From Octopus vulgaris (lineage: Eukaryota): a DNA stretch of 64,000 nucleotides. The DNA lies in contig OX597819.1 of the NCBI GenBank assembly GCA_951406725.2, forward strand, positions 7,812,001 to 7,876,000, read 5' to 3'. The notes beneath the pieces were generated by a model. The model saw nothing but the letters and a program-made list of their open reading frames with translations. It searched no databases and had not been told where the DNA came from. The position numbers were made by a program, and so were the translations under genes. Below, one piece after another: positions 27,561-41,572 of the stretch (position 1 is its first letter; every line of letters starts with the position of its first letter).

Positions 27561-28182
27561 TACCAGAATCGAACGAATAGTGCTTTTTTTAAGAATGTAA
27601 CCGATGAATTTGATCTGTAAAATTCTTAAAAATGATGAGAATTTGCCAAAATATCGTTCAATTATGCTTATTGATACAAAAATTACTCGTATTTTGAAAT
27701 GTTGATACTAATATTCCTTCTTCATGAAATGGAATTAAAGAATAAATAATAGGCATGTACGTGTCAAATCGAGACACGCAGAAGTCGAAAAATACCGCTC
27801 ATTTTTTTGTCTTCTATAAGAAAATGTTAGCTAAAGTTTTAGATATTTGTCACCCAAATTTCCACGTTCAATTACCTATCAATTTGTCGTTTTCTACTGT
27901 CACTTGAATTTTGCTGAGGGAAAATATTCACATGGTTGATTGATCGCCAATTAGTACCATTTCTTCGTTAAAGTTAACATTTTATTTCATTTTTACTTAT
28001 TCAAAAGAATTGCCTTGTTTTCTTACTCTTTTGTGTCAGCTTATTTATTAAACACAGAATGAAATACCTGCATGCACGTATTCGATTACCGTTCATTCTA
28101 GAATGATATCGACTTTCACTGCAATCATATATGTTCTTTCTCGAAATTTAACCAGTGCACTCACTGTGACGTCTTTTACATA

Positions 28183-29442
28183 CGAGGGGCGTTCAATAAG
28201 TAATGCCTCTGACCCACTTGCCTTTGTTTGATCTAGCTGAAATTTTGCATGTGCAATTATTTATATCTCTATAGAGTAAATGGCAAATTACAGCTCTGAA
28301 CTAATTGTGGTTTCTGATTTACAGGTGTTTGAACTGAGTCAAGTGTGAAACGGAGCCTGTTGAGTGTCGAGCAGTGATGCGGTTTTTTGTATTTGAAAGG
28401 ACGCACACCACGGGAGACTTTTGATGAAATAAAAGTAACTTATGGTGATGATGCCCCATCATATGACCTTGTAAAACGCTGGCATCGTGAATTCAAACAT
28501 GGTCGGAACTTTGTGGAAACAGCTCCCAGATCTGGTCGCACCCCTTCTGCCATTGATGAGGCATCTGTCCATCAAGTTGAGGCTGCCATTTTGAAAGATC
28601 GACGCATAACTATTCGGCAAATAGCCCATGAGGTCAAGATTAGTACCGGGTCTGTGGAAACTATCATTCATGACCATTTGCATATGCAAAAGGTGTCTGC
28701 CAGATAGATTCCCAGGTTGCTCACACTTTTCCAGAAGCAAGAACGCGTCGAGTGCTCGAGGATGAATTTAGGGATGTGCCAAGAAGATGAGTCAAAATTT
28801 TTCAATAGACTGATTACACAGGATGAGACCTGGGTCCATCACTATGATCCAGAGACCAAAGCCCAGTCAATGCAGTAGAAGCGCCATGACTCACCTCCTC
28901 CAAAGAAGGCAAGGGTGCAGCCCTCCGCTGGCAAGGTCATGCTCACAGTCTTCTGGGACCAGGACGGAGTAGTGATGACAGATTTCCTGGCAAAGGGTAC
29001 CACAATTACAGGAGCCTATTATGCTTCACTTTTGAGGAAATTAAGAGAAGCTATCAAAACCAAGAGGCGAGGCAAGATCAGCAAAGGCATCCTCCTCTTG
29101 CAGGACAACGCTCCGGTCCACAACTCGCGTGTCGCCAGATCAGAAGCACAGGCATGCGGCTATGAACTCTTCCCCCATCCCCCTACTCTCCTGACCTTGC
29201 ACCCTCTGATTTTCACCTCTTCCCAGCCATGAAGTTGTTTTTGAAAGGAAAGCGTTTCCCAGATGATGCAGCCTTGATTTCTGAAGTCACGTCGTGGTTG
29301 GAGGACCAAGCTGGGGTCTTCTACGAAAACGGTCTCCAGAGCTGCATCAAACGATGAGAGAAATGCGTAACTCTGGGTTGTTCCTATGTAGAAAAAGACT
29401 AATAACTGTGCCAAGTTTCGTTGCTCTACTGCTATGGGAAGT
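28183..29442 (+). mobile_element. Mariner (DD34D) transposon, pseudogenised, 3' TIR missing
   Basis: TA-CGAGGGG 5' end; PRSGR, QDETWVHHYDPE, LLQDNAPVH, SPDLAPSDFHLF, YVEKD*; internal stops. Confidence 0.9.
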
Positions 29443-29668
29443 TACATCAATACATCAAATTTGAAAAATTTCACTTAATTTTGAATATTCAAAAAGTGCA
29501 GCCAAATAGAAAAGATCCAAAAACTTTGACAAAGGAACTAAAATAATAATAATAATAACAACAACAACAACAATAATTATAATAGCGCCCAGAGAACGCA
29601 AACTTCTGTCAAAACAATACCAATGTCCTCTCAACGATTAGCTAGAGATGATTTTTAAAATGAGAATA

Positions 29669-30640
29669 CCGTAAATCCTCGAGTATAGTCTGCCCTTGAG
29701 TATAATACGCAGGGGATTTTTAGGGGGCTGTACCTCTGAAAAACCTAAACATTGTGTATAATACGCACCCCTTCTCTAACTTGAGTCAAGGAGGTCTATA
29801 TAACGTCCTTGTTTTGTAAAAATGTATACGGTAACGTCCTTTATTATTGCCTTCTTGCCTTCTTTGTCTTTGGAATCTGTTTAATTTCATCTTTATTTCT
29901 TCTCCATAACCTGGCATTGCTTTCGTCAACATCAAATTTTCTTCCGGCGGCCCTATTACCATGCTCTTCAGCATATGACATAACTTCAAGTTTAAACATA
30001 GCTGAATAAGATCTACGAAGCATTTTATGGGCATGTAATGTATAAAATGTTTTATTGGAGATTAATGAACAGGTTTAAGTCCCGCTTATAAAAAAACCCT
30101 AGTAAAGACTCACAGTAGTTCAAACATTTAATACTGGTACTTAATTAAGTATCTATTGTTTGCCACGGTAATGATGCAAACTGCCAATACAAACAGCAGG
30201 ATGAACTATTTAGCGCTAAACTATTAAGCACAATTCGTGCGTAATTAAGCCAGCAGCACCTAGTCGAAAAGACACTTCCGCGTACGCGTACTACAATAAT
30301 GGTGATGTTCTTAACTGTTATATGGGAATGTAAATATGTTAACAATTTGTTTTTGTTACATTTTTTTCTGTGTTCTGAATACTTTTATTTTAATAAATGT
30401 TGCTTACTGCAAGTTATGGATGATTTTTTTATGACTTCATTGCTTTCAGGCTTAGCTTAAGGTATTTTCGCGCCCGACATCACAAAATGCGTCTGAATAA
30501 ACATTGCCGGACAGCAAATAGATACTCGGACATTGCTTAGAAAATATTTTTCAATTTTAAACTCGTATATTATATGCACTAGGGATTTTGACCTTTAAAT
30601 TTTTGGGCAAAAAATACGAATTATACTCGAGGGGTTACGG
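29669..30640 (-). mobile_element. Non-autonomous pogo-like transposon
   Basis: TIRs CCGTAAATCCTCGAGTATA and TATACTCGAGGGGTTACGG with TA TSD. Minus 29850-30020 encodes RRSYSAMFKLEVMSYAEEHGNRAAGRKFDVDESNARLWRR, a Brinker-type HTH. Confidence 0.85.
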
Positions 30641-30873
30641 TATCTGAAATAAACTCAACTGCTCTCACAAACGAGAATACTAAAATTGAACCCAACCGCT
30701 CTCAAAAATTAAGTAAAAAACAGGAAAAATAATCCAGAATCCTTGTTCAATACCGGATCGATCCTCAAATCTAATCAGTTCGTGCCAGTCATGGGGCCAA
30801 ACATTGGAATCCACCCAGCGGTTCTTGATATATCTTGTCCACAGACAAACAAACACAACTGAAAAACAATACC

Positions 30874-31045
30874 TATTTCCTTACTACCCACAAGGGGCTA
30901 AACACAGACGGGACAAACAAGAACAGACAAACGGATTAAGTCGATTACATTGACCCCAGTGCTCAACTGATACTTAATTTATCGACCCCGAAAGGATGAA
31001 AGGCAAAGTCGACCTCGGCGGAATTTGAACTCAGAACGTAACGGC
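30874..31045 (-). mobile_element. 5'-truncated SINE family C
   Basis: TSD acaataccta at 30866-30875 and 31046-31055. Confidence 0.85.
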
Positions 31046-31206
31046 ACAATACCTACGTCTTAGCGAAGGCAATGAAGCTGAAAAGAAGACTGAATATAAA
31101 ATGTTTGTTTTCAGTTGATAAAGTAAGACAATCCCCGAGTATAACCATACTTGTTTCCACACGATTTCACTTCAAAATCATACGAAACAAATACTAATAG
31201 AATAGC

Positions 31207-31278
31207 CTCCCCGGCGGGGAATCGAACCCCGGTCTCCCGCGTGACAGGCGGGGATACTTACCACTATACTACCGAGGA
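31207..31278 (-). tRNA. tRNA-Asp (GTC)
   Basis: Exact reverse complement of 23287-23358, with different flanks. Confidence 0.95.
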
Positions 31279-31630
31279 ACAGCTGCGGACGTCGTTTATT
31301 TTAGCCACTTTGTTTAGCTGCTTAAGATTACCTGTTTTATTGCGCTGTTTACTGCGTGCATTACCTGTTTAGCATACAGCAGCGAACATCATGAATACCC
31401 TGTTCAATAACTCTCACGGCGCAATCACCACCGGTCATTCGTTTATTTCTTTATTCGTTTAACTATTTGTTTATTTCTTTCTCTCTCTCTCTCTCGTACG
31501 CACAATCGCACACGCGTGCGCAGACACACTAGTCGTACTGCCTCTTGTTATCGGAGCGTTATAAAGTTTACACTCTGCGTATTTGTGTGAGTCCTCATTT
31601 GAGCTGCTGTTTTCTCTGACATACCTCGTG

Positions 31631-31723
<93 letters not shown>

Positions 31724-31727
31724 ATAT

Positions 31728-31947
31728 TCTTTTACTCTTTTACTTGTTTCAGTCATTTGACTGCGGCCATGCTGGAGCACCGCCTTTAGTCGAGCAACTC
31801 AACCCCGGGACTTATTCTTTGTAAGCCCAGTACTTATTCTATCGGTCTCTTTTTGCCAAACCGTTAAGTGACGGGGACGTAAACACACCAGCATCGGTTG
31901 TCATGCAATGCTAAGGGGACAAACACAGACACACAAACATACACGCA

Positions 31948-32016
<69 letters not shown>

Positions 32017-32176
32017 GACGGGCTTCTTTCAGTTTCCGTCTACCAAATCCACTCACAAGGCATTGGTCGTCCCGAGGCTATAGCAGAAGACACTTGCCCA
32101 AGGTGCCACGTAGTGGGACTGAACCCGGAACCATGTGGTTGGTAAGCAAGCTACTTACCACACAGCCACTCCTGCG
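31728..32176 (-). mobile_element. SINE family B
   Basis: Matches consensus. Confidence 0.9.
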
Positions 32177-32198
32177 TATATATATATACACACAAAAT

Positions 32199-32411
32199 GC
32201 GGCGAGCTGGCAGAACCGTTAGCACACCGGGCGAAATGCGTAGCCGTATTTCGTCTGCCGTTACGTTCTGAGGTCGACTTTGCTTTTATCCTTTAGGGGT
32301 CGATAAAATTAAGTACCAGTTACGCACTGGGGTCGATGTAATCGACTTAATCCGTTTGTCTGTCCTTGTTTGTCTCCTCTATGTTTAGCCCCTTGTGGGT
32401 AATAAAGAAAC
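32199..32411 (+). mobile_element. SINE family C (B-box region deleted)
   Basis: Matches consensus apart from the internal deletion. Confidence 0.85.
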
Positions 32412-32463
32412 ATATATATATACACACACACAAACACATACATGTTTATGTGTGGGTATGTGC

Positions 32464-32504
<41 letters not shown>

Positions 32505-32505
<1 letters not shown>

Positions 32506-32693
32506 GTGCTTGGTAAGAAATTTGGTTCCCAACCATATGGTTCTGGGTTCAGATTCAGTGCGTGGCACCTTCAGCGAGTGTCTTCTACTTTAGACTCGGG
32601 TCGACTAAAGCCTTGTGCCTGGTTTTGATAAACGGAAACTGCAAGAATAAGGAAGATCACTAGAGAGCAGAATACGTATGCGTGTATGTATGC

Positions 32694-32726
<33 letters not shown>

Positions 32727-32776
32727 TGTATGTATGTATGTATGTATGTATGTATGTATGCATGTATGCATATATG

Positions 32777-32808
<32 letters not shown>

Positions 32809-33070
32809 TGTATGTATGTATGTATGTATGTATGTATGTATGTATGCATGTATGCATATATGTATAAATGTATGTATGTATGTATGTATGCATGCATATA
32901 TGTATAAATGTATGTATGTATGTATGTATGTATGTATGTATGTATATATGTATGTATGTATGTATGTATGAATGTATGTATGTATGTATGTATGTATGTA
33001 TGTATGTATGTATGTATGTATGTATGTATGTATGTATGTATGTATGTATGTATGTATGTATGTATGTATG

Positions 33071-33104
<34 letters not shown>

Positions 33105-33372
33105 TGTATGTATGTACGTCTGTGTGTGCATCTGTGTGTGTGTGTGTGTGTGTCCCACCACCACTTGACAACCAATGTTGGTGTGTTCACGTCCCGGTAA
33201 CCTAGCGGTTCGCCATAGCGTCTGATAGAATAAGTACCTGGCTTTAAAATGAATAAATAAATAAAAATTATTACCGTGTTCCATCCACCCGACTTAAATT
33301 CTTCAAGGCGGTGCCCCAAAATTTTCGCCGACTAAATGACTAAAACAAGTACAAGAATAAAAGAATAAAAGA
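32505..33372 (+). mobile_element. Old SINE family B copy with its internal microsatellite expanded to about 480 bp of (TATG)n
   Basis: Head 32505-32650 and tail 33150-33372 flank the array in the normal order. Confidence 0.75.
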
Positions 33373-33797
33373 ATATATATCATACAGGGGAGGAGAAAGA
33401 AAGGGTAAGAGAAAGAGAAAGGGGAGAGGGAGAAAAACAGAAAGAAAAGCATAATTAGGCTCACACACACGCACACATGCACACACATACATACGCATAC
33501 GCACACACACGCATGCAGACACACAGACACACTCACAGAAGTAAACAACGGGTTTCCACACAGTTTCCGTCTACTAAATTCCACTCACTAATGATCTTTC
33601 TTATTCCCTGTTTTGCCTGCCTTCATCAACTGAGGATATTACAGAAGATGGGCTGCATACTGTCCAGTTAAAGAAGCATTTCTTTTCACGTTTCCCAGCG
33701 CGGTTGTATGAGCAAAGTATTGGCTATAAAAATCTTCCCAATTTGGTTATTTAGTAGGCCTTTTTATAAGGATTTATAAGGACTGCACAAGGATCGT

Positions 33798-34200
33798 AGG
33801 GGCAGGAGTGGCTGTGTGGTAAGTAGCTTGCTTACCAACCACATGGTTCCGGGCTCATTCCCACTGCAAGTGTCTTCTACTATAGCCACGGTTCGACCAA
33901 AGCCTTGTGAGTGGACTTGGTAGACGGAAACTGAAAGAAGCCCGTCGTATAGATGTATACATATATATGTGTATACATATATATGTGTATGTTTGTGTGC
34001 CTGTGTTTGTCCCCCAACATCGCTTGACAACCGATGGCGGTATGTTTACGTCCCTGTAACTTAGCGGTTCGGCAAAAGAGACCGATAGTATAAGTACTAG
34101 GCTTGCGTACAAAGAATAAAGTCCTGGAGTCGATTTGCTCGACTAAAGGCGTTGCTCCTGCATGGCCGCAGTCAAATGACTGAAAGAAGTAAAAGAGAGA
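33798..34200 (+). mobile_element. SINE family B
   Basis: Matches consensus. Confidence 0.88.
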
Positions 34201-34230
34201 GAAAAAGAAAGAAAGAAAGTGTTTCTCAAC

Positions 34231-34590
34231 CGAGCTGGCAGAACCGTTAGCACACCGGGCGAAATGCGTAGCCGTATTTCGTCTGCCGTTACGTTCTGAG
34301 GTCGGCTTTGCCTTTCATCCTTTAGGGGTCGATAAAATTAAGTACCAATCTACTTAATCCGTTTGTCTGTCCTTGTTTGTCTCCTCTATGTTTAGCCCCT
34401 TGTGAGTAATAAAGAAACATATATATACACACACAAACACATACATGTTTATGTGTGGGTATGTGCGTGAGTGTGTGTGTGTGTGTGTGTGTGTGTACGT
34501 GTGTGCTTGGTAAAAAATTTGGTTACCAACCATATGGTTCTGGGTTCAGATTCAGTGCGTGGCACCTTCAGCGAGTGTCTTCTACTTTAG
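34231..34590 (+). repeat. Local direct duplication of about 32203-32593 (SINE C + (GT)n + SINE B head)
   Basis: Shares the diagnostic deletion and junctions. Confidence 0.85.
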
Positions 34591-34849
34591 ACCCTAAGGG
34601 GGTCCATTTAAGATTTTGTTGATAAAAATTATTTGCAATAAGTTGGTTATGCTTTTACAATACACAAAATATTTTGATAATTATTTTTATACAATTCCAA
34701 ATATTGTTTAATTATAAAAGTCTAATTGGATGGCTTGGAGGATCAAAGGAGTCCATCGGTAAAAGATCGTTGAGAAACACTATGTTAGATTCTGACATTG
34801 CTAATCTTTTCTACTTTAGGCACAAGGCCCAAAATTTTTGGGGAGGGGG

Positions 34850-35378
34850 CCAGACGATTAGATCGACCCAGTACGCAATTGGTACTTAATTTATCGACCC
34901 CGAAAGGATGACAGCAAAGCTCCTCGGCGAAATTTGAACTCAGAACGGGAAGACAGATGAAATACCTATTTCTTTACTACCCACAATGGGCTAAACACAG
35001 ACGAGACAAACAAGGACAGACAAAAGGATTAAGTCGATTATATCGACCCCAGTGCGTAACTGGTACTTAATTTATCGACCCCGAAAGGATGAAAGCAAAG
35101 CTCCTCGGCGAAATTTGAACTCAGAACGGGAAGACAGACGAAATACCTATTTCTTTACTACCCACAATGGGCTAAACACAGACGAGACAAACAAGGACAG
35201 ACATAGGTATTAAGTCGATTATATCGACCCCAGTGCTTAACTGGTACTTAATTTATCGACCCCGAAAGGATGAAGGCAAAGTCGACCTCGGCGGAATTTG
35301 AACTCAGAACGTAACGGTAGACGAAATACCGCTAAGCTTTATGCCCGGTGTGTTAACGGTTCTGTCAGCTCGCCGCCT
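34850..35378 (-). mobile_element. Tandem array of three SINE family C units
   Basis: Unit of about 180 bp repeated with an identical junction (cagaacgggaagacaga.gaaatacctatttc). Confidence 0.85.
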
Positions 35379-35689
35379 GATTCTGACATTGATAATGATG
35401 CTAATATTAGTTATATTTGTCGCTATGATAGTAACTATAGTGATGGTTACTATAGTGATAGTTACTATAGAGTTTGTGACGTAATTGCTGTTGACATTTT
35501 TTTCGTTCCCGTTCAGCCTTGATTGAGCAAAGCTGTGATTGAACAGCATCAAAATTCCCGCTCGTTGATTCCTGTGACGCGGTGGGAATTAGCTGCTATT
35601 TTAGCAGGTCGAGCGGGCATATAGAGACTGTGCCACGGCTCAATAAGGAAAGTGGTGATTTCGGTGAATAGTTCTTGGAAAGTGGTGCT

Positions 35690-36113
35690 TGCTGTTGTTG
35701 TTGTTGTTATTGATGCTGCTGCTGCTACTGTTATTGTTGCTATTGTCTTCTTCTTCTTCTTCTTCTTCTTCTTCTTCTTCTTCTTCTTCTTCTTCTTCTT
35801 CTTCTTCTTCTTCTTCGTCTTCTTCTTCGTCTTCTTCTTCATCTTCTTCTTCTCACCTCATCCCCCTCCCATTTCTTCTTCTTTTTCTCACCTCGTCCCC
35901 CCTTCTTCTTCTTCTTCTTCTTCTTCTTCTTCTTCTTCTTCTTCTTCTTCTTCTTCTTCTTCTTCTTCTTCTTCTTCCCCTTCTTTTCACCTCATCCCCC
36001 TCCCCTTTCTTCTTCTTCTTCTTCTTCTTCTTCTTCTCCTTCTTCTTCTTCTTCTTCTTCTTCTTCTTCTTCTTCTCCTCCTCCTCCTTCTTCTTCCCTC
36101 CTCCTCCCCCTTC

Positions 36114-36145
<32 letters not shown>

Positions 36146-36234
36146 CTTCTTCTTCTCCCCTCGTCCTCCTCATCCCCCGCCCCCCCCGTTCCCTTCTTTT
36201 TCTTCCTCCTCCTCCTCCTCCTCCTCCTCCTCCT
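35690..36234. repeat. Compound (GTT)/(TTC)/(TCC) microsatellite
   Basis: Seen directly. Confidence 0.9.
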
Positions 36235-36332
36235 CAAACTCTATAGTTACTATCACTATAGTAACCATCACTATAGTTACTATCATAGCGACAAATATAA
36301 CTAATATCAGCATCATTATCAACGTCAGAATC

Positions 36333-36592
36333 AGGCGGCGAGCTGGCAGAACCGTTAGCACACCGGGCATAAAGCTTAGCGGTATTTCATCTGCGTTACG
36401 TTCTGAGTTCAAATTCCGCCGAGGTTGACTTTGCCTTTCATCCTTTCGGGGTCGATAAATTAAGTACCAGTTACGCAATGGGGTCGATATAATCGACTTA
36501 ATCCGTTTGTCTGTCCTTGTTTGTTCCGTCTGTGTTTAGCCCCTTGTGGGTAGTAAAGAAATAGGTATTTCGTCTGTCTTCCCGTTCTGAGT
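36333..36592 (+). mobile_element. SINE family C (part of an inverted duplication)
   Basis: Matches consensus; shares private variants with 35120-35378. Confidence 0.88.
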
Positions 36593-37178
36593 AAAGTAGT
36601 AACAATGAAATTGGCAATACTGATGACAATTGCAGTCGATGTTGTGGTGGGGATCCTGGCTATAGTAGGGCTTTTGACTGTCACTGCTGTTGCTGGGGTA
36701 CTGGTGGTGGTAGTGGTGGTGGCAGTAGTGATAGTGATGGTGGTAGTGGTGGCGTTGGTGGTCCCATAATGGGTTTACGCACCTCGTGGTTGCTGTGCAC
36801 AACAACGTCGATAATGATACATAGTAATGGTGGAGGTGGTGGTGGTGATGGAGAGGCTGGTAATGGTGGTTTGCTTGGCGGAGTCACTGCTAGTAGCAGT
36901 GATGATGGTAACGGTGATGGTGATAACCGGGTGGATAGGGGGTGGCGAGTTGCGCTTTCGATCGGACTGAGCTGTTGTTGAGCACGAATCCGTTAGAGAC
37001 GATCAAGTACGAATCAAATCCAATATCTAAAGTGATTTATAAAATAAATAAATATATAAATAAGTAAAAAATAAAAAATAAAACAAAAAAGCAAATGAAC
37101 AAACTACTACAAATATATATATATATATTATTTTATTAGTAAGTTTGGATTTATTCCCTAATATTTTATTATTAATTA

Positions 37179-37254
<76 letters not shown>

Positions 37255-37430
37255 TACATATACATATATATATATACATATATATATATATAAATGTATG
37301 TATATATATATATATTTATATATATGTATATATATGTTATAATTATGTATAATTATATATATGTATATATATGTTATAATTATGTATATAATTATGTATA
37401 TAATTATGTATATATATATATGTATATATA

Positions 37431-37486
<56 letters not shown>

Positions 37487-38365
37487 TATATGGCATCATT
37501 GTATGGTTACCAGTTTAACAGATCGAAACAGGACACTCTCCAACACAATAAACTGAATTATTTACCACATTAATACAAAGGCAAAAGTTATTAATAGAAT
37601 ATATCAGATGGAGAGGAGGATGTAGGAGGAAACTTTATCACAAAGCTTTTATTAAGGGTACATGTCACATGGTTTCATTAGTGAAATGTAGTGAGCCGTG
37701 TAACCTGTTGTATCTGATAGGAGCACCATCACTTCGTGTGTAGAGTATCGAGAGAACTCGGTCCCCAACGGTGCACAGCAGTAGACTGGAGGGTCACCTG
37801 ATATTTGTTAGGTATATCATCTAATATAATAAATGCGAAAATTAGTTTCTGTGTATCAGTGTGTCACACTTCGACCCCTTCTCTCACTATTCATTGACAC
37901 TCCTACCATTGCTCATGTTAGGGTGAGAGTAATAGTAGGTATATAGACGGTAGTAGATTGACGGTTGCGATGGTAATGGGTGATAGTAATATTATGAGCT
38001 GTAGTTGTGATAGAAGCGGACGCGACGGTGATGCTGCTGGTGGTGGTGGTGGTGGTAGTAGTTGAAGAGATGACTCTCTGTAAAGAAGTGGCAATTACCA
38101 TACATACATACATACATACATACATACATACATACATACATACATACATACTTACATACATGCATATATATACATATATATAAATATATATAAATATATA
38201 TATATATATATAAATATATAAATAAAAATATATAGATATATATATATCACAATCAAGGAACGGCCATAATAGGCCATTCACCCACTAGAAATAACAGCCA
38301 AAAGCTTTAACCGCAAAATAACATTAATACCGTAAACCAGGAGAAAATTGAAAAACTTTACCCTG

Positions 38366-38460
<95 letters not shown>

Positions 38461-38485
38461 TGATTGATTCATATATACATATATA

Positions 38486-39312
38486 CAGGATGCGGTGAAT
38501 AAACTTTCTTCTAAATTACGCAAAACGAAAGTAACACTGACACCTCATTCTAACAGATATATTCACCAAAATTACATAAAAATATCTTGCCATATTACTG
38601 AGTAAATTTATTCAATAATATCGCTATTGGCTTCAACCACGGCCTCCACATGACTTCGGAATCTCCCGCTACACTGCTGGACGGTCACCTTTGGTGAATG
38701 CTGCCATAATCCTTGACTTCAGTTCATCTTTGGTGTTACAGGGAGTTTTGTTGGTCTCTTGCTCAACTGCGCCTCACACATAATAAATCAAGGGGGTTGC
38801 ACTCTGGGGAGTTAAGTGGTCAGATGTTAGGGTTCTCCTGCTTGTGTAGCATGGTGCAGAATCCTGTTGCCAGACATAGGGTCTTCCAGCAGCCACCCTC
38901 TTCACCCAGGGCAGCACTACCTCCTCCAGGCACTTGATGTAGGCCTTTGTATTGAGTCCGAGGCTGTGTGGGAAGATGGAGGCATAACGTCGTCATCACT
39001 AGTGATCACTCCAAACACCATGATGTTGACTGGATGTTTGATTTTTATCACTCTCGGTACATGTCCTCGGCTAGCACTCTCCTCTGATTGACACCCAAAC
39101 ACTCTGAAATATTCGTACTAGAACTTCCGGCGCACATGCCAAGCAGTTCAGCATGTTGTTTCCAATTTTCTGGCAGAGTGAATTGCATCATGGTGCTATT
39201 TTTTTCACAGACGGTGCCCAACCGACCCTACTATGCTGTGTAGTCGACAAAATCAAATACAAACAATGCGCATGCAAGAAATAAAAATATATAAAGGCAT
39301 CAATTTCCCCTG
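38486..39312 (-). mobile_element. Tc1/mariner-superfamily deletion derivative (same family as 1-950)
   Basis: CAG..CTG termini flanked by TA; PLNSPECNPLDYYV remnant; KHPVNIMVFGVITSD. Confidence 0.8.
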
Positions 39313-39316
39313 TATA

Positions 39317-39362
<46 letters not shown>

Positions 39363-39376
39363 GGGTAAATTGACAC

Positions 39377-39413
<37 letters not shown>

Positions 39414-39510
39414 CACATACATGCATACACACACACACACACACACACACACAAATATCTCTATCTATCTCTCCAGCTATTTACCTGTCAATCTGTCTAT
39501 TTATCTACCA

Positions 39511-39549
<39 letters not shown>

Positions 39550-40011
39550 TGAGTGACTGTGAGTCTGTGTCGGGGAGAGGAAAGAGAGGTGGGAGAATTA
39601 ATGTAGAAACATAAGAAATATGGAAATAAGTCATTTAACAGTGCATCTCGGGGAGAATGGCAGTTTAAATAATAGTTGGTCATATACTGGGTTAAAAACC
39701 CCTTAGATGAAAAGAAAAAAATACAAAACAACTTATTCGCTTATAAAATTAAAGTGTCTAACTTGATGAAAGAGAAACGGAAAGTTAATTTGGTGTAATT
39801 GGCAACATATCTGTCATGCTTGCAGAAGATGCATGGTTTTTAGAGCAAATGAACTGGGAGGAACACAATCTCTCCAATGAGAGAAGTTCAACTCAATATT
39901 GAAAGCTGGCGAAACACCTAAGTATACAATGCTCTGGCTGTTTATTCAGATAAAGCTATATCACTTTATAGGACCTATTAGCAACAGTGTAGAGCGATTT
40001 GTTGAGAGATA

Positions 40012-40401
40012 CGAGTGTGGACTGAAAAGTTCATGGCTATGAGGAGTGATGCGGGAACTGTGAAATCTTGCAGGCATTAATTTCAACCCTTTTTATTAAT
40101 AACTGCATTCTTTCTTTCCAGGTAAAGTGACATCTCACGGTTCAAAAGAGATTTCAAAAGTAACTAGTAGTGACTTCTCTTGTAATTGGACGTAACTTGG
40201 CATCGTGCTATTATTAAGTACTTACAGAAAAATAGTTCAGCCCCCAAGGACATTCATGCTGACATGGTTGCTACAGTAGGTGATGATGGTCCAACTTTAT
40301 CAACAGTGCAAAGATGAGCAGCTGAATTTAGGAGGGGGAGGGGGAGTCTTGAAGATGACCCAAGGTCTAGAGGTCCTGCAACTGCCATTAAGGAAAACAT
40401 T
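40012..40401 (+). mobile_element. Mariner 5' fragment
   Basis: TA-CGAG..CTGAAAAGTTC end; HRAIIKYL..STVQR*AAEFRRGRGSLEDDPRSRGP HTH region. Confidence 0.75.
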
Positions 40402-40666
40402 GTAGAATTTGTAGAATACACAGGAAGTCCTTTTATTTTTTAAGAATATTGCTTAAATATTTAGTTACGCATTTGTGTTACCTACCTACGTACCAACGAC
40501 TTGAAATACAAAGGAACTTATTGGTAACGGCAGTGGACTGTGTAAGAGAAAATCTTTATAAAGATTTCGTTGTCGCTGATTTGCGATGAGAAGTTTATAT
40601 TCTTTTGGACAATTGAATTCATCAACAATACGTATGCATTTACCCAAGTAGGTACTTATATACGAA

Positions 40667-40669
40667 TGC

Positions 40670-40702
<33 letters not shown>

Positions 40703-40851
40703 TGTATGTATGTATGTATGTATGTATGTATGTATGTATGTATGTATATACGTACGTACATATGTATGTATGTATGTATGTATGTATATACGTACGTACG
40801 TACGTATGTATGTATGTATGTATGTAGATATATACGTACGTACGTACGTAC

Positions 40852-40882
<31 letters not shown>

Positions 40883-41538
40883 TGTATGTATGTATGTATG
40901 TATGTATGTATGTATGTATGTATGTATGTATGTATGTATGTATGTATGTATGTATGTATGTATGTATGTATGTATGTATGTATATGTATGTATGTATGTA
41001 TGTGTGTGTGTATGTATGTATGTATGTATGTACGTATGTATGTATGTATGTATGTATGTATGTATGTACGTATGTATGTATGTATGTATGTATATATGTA
41101 TGCATGCATGCATGTATGTATGTATGTATGTGCATATGTACGCATGTATGAATGTGTGTATGTATGAATGTGTGTATGTATGTATGTATGTATGTATGTA
41201 TGTACGTTTGTATGTATGTATGTATGTATATATGTATGCATGCATGCATGTATGTATGTATGTATGTGCATATGTACGCATGTATGAATGTGTGTATGTA
41301 TGAATGTGTGTATGTATGTATGTATGTATGTATGTACGTTTGTATGTATGTATGTATGTATGTATGCATGTAGGTATGTATGCATGCATGCATGTATGTA
41401 TGTATGTATGCATGCATGTATGTATGTATGCATGTATGTATGTATGTATGTATGTATGCATGTATGTATGTATGTATGCATGCATGTATGTATGTATGCA
41501 TGTATGCATGCATGTATGCATGTATGCATGTATGTATG

Positions 41539-41572
<34 letters not shown>

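Larger units (their letters stand above)
29580..31075 (-). mobile_element. Helentron-associated non-autonomous element (HINE/DINE-like) carrying nested pogo and SINE insertions
   Basis: Degenerate terminal hairpin agcgcccagagaacgc, subterminal IR-like ttctgtcaa / ttagcgaagg, (ACAA/ACAG)n tract near 30841. Confidence 0.45.

Noticed and set aside
34850-35378. CRISPR-like regular repeats
   Set aside because: These are tandem SINE units of about 180 bp with no unique spacers, in a eukaryotic context with no cas genes.
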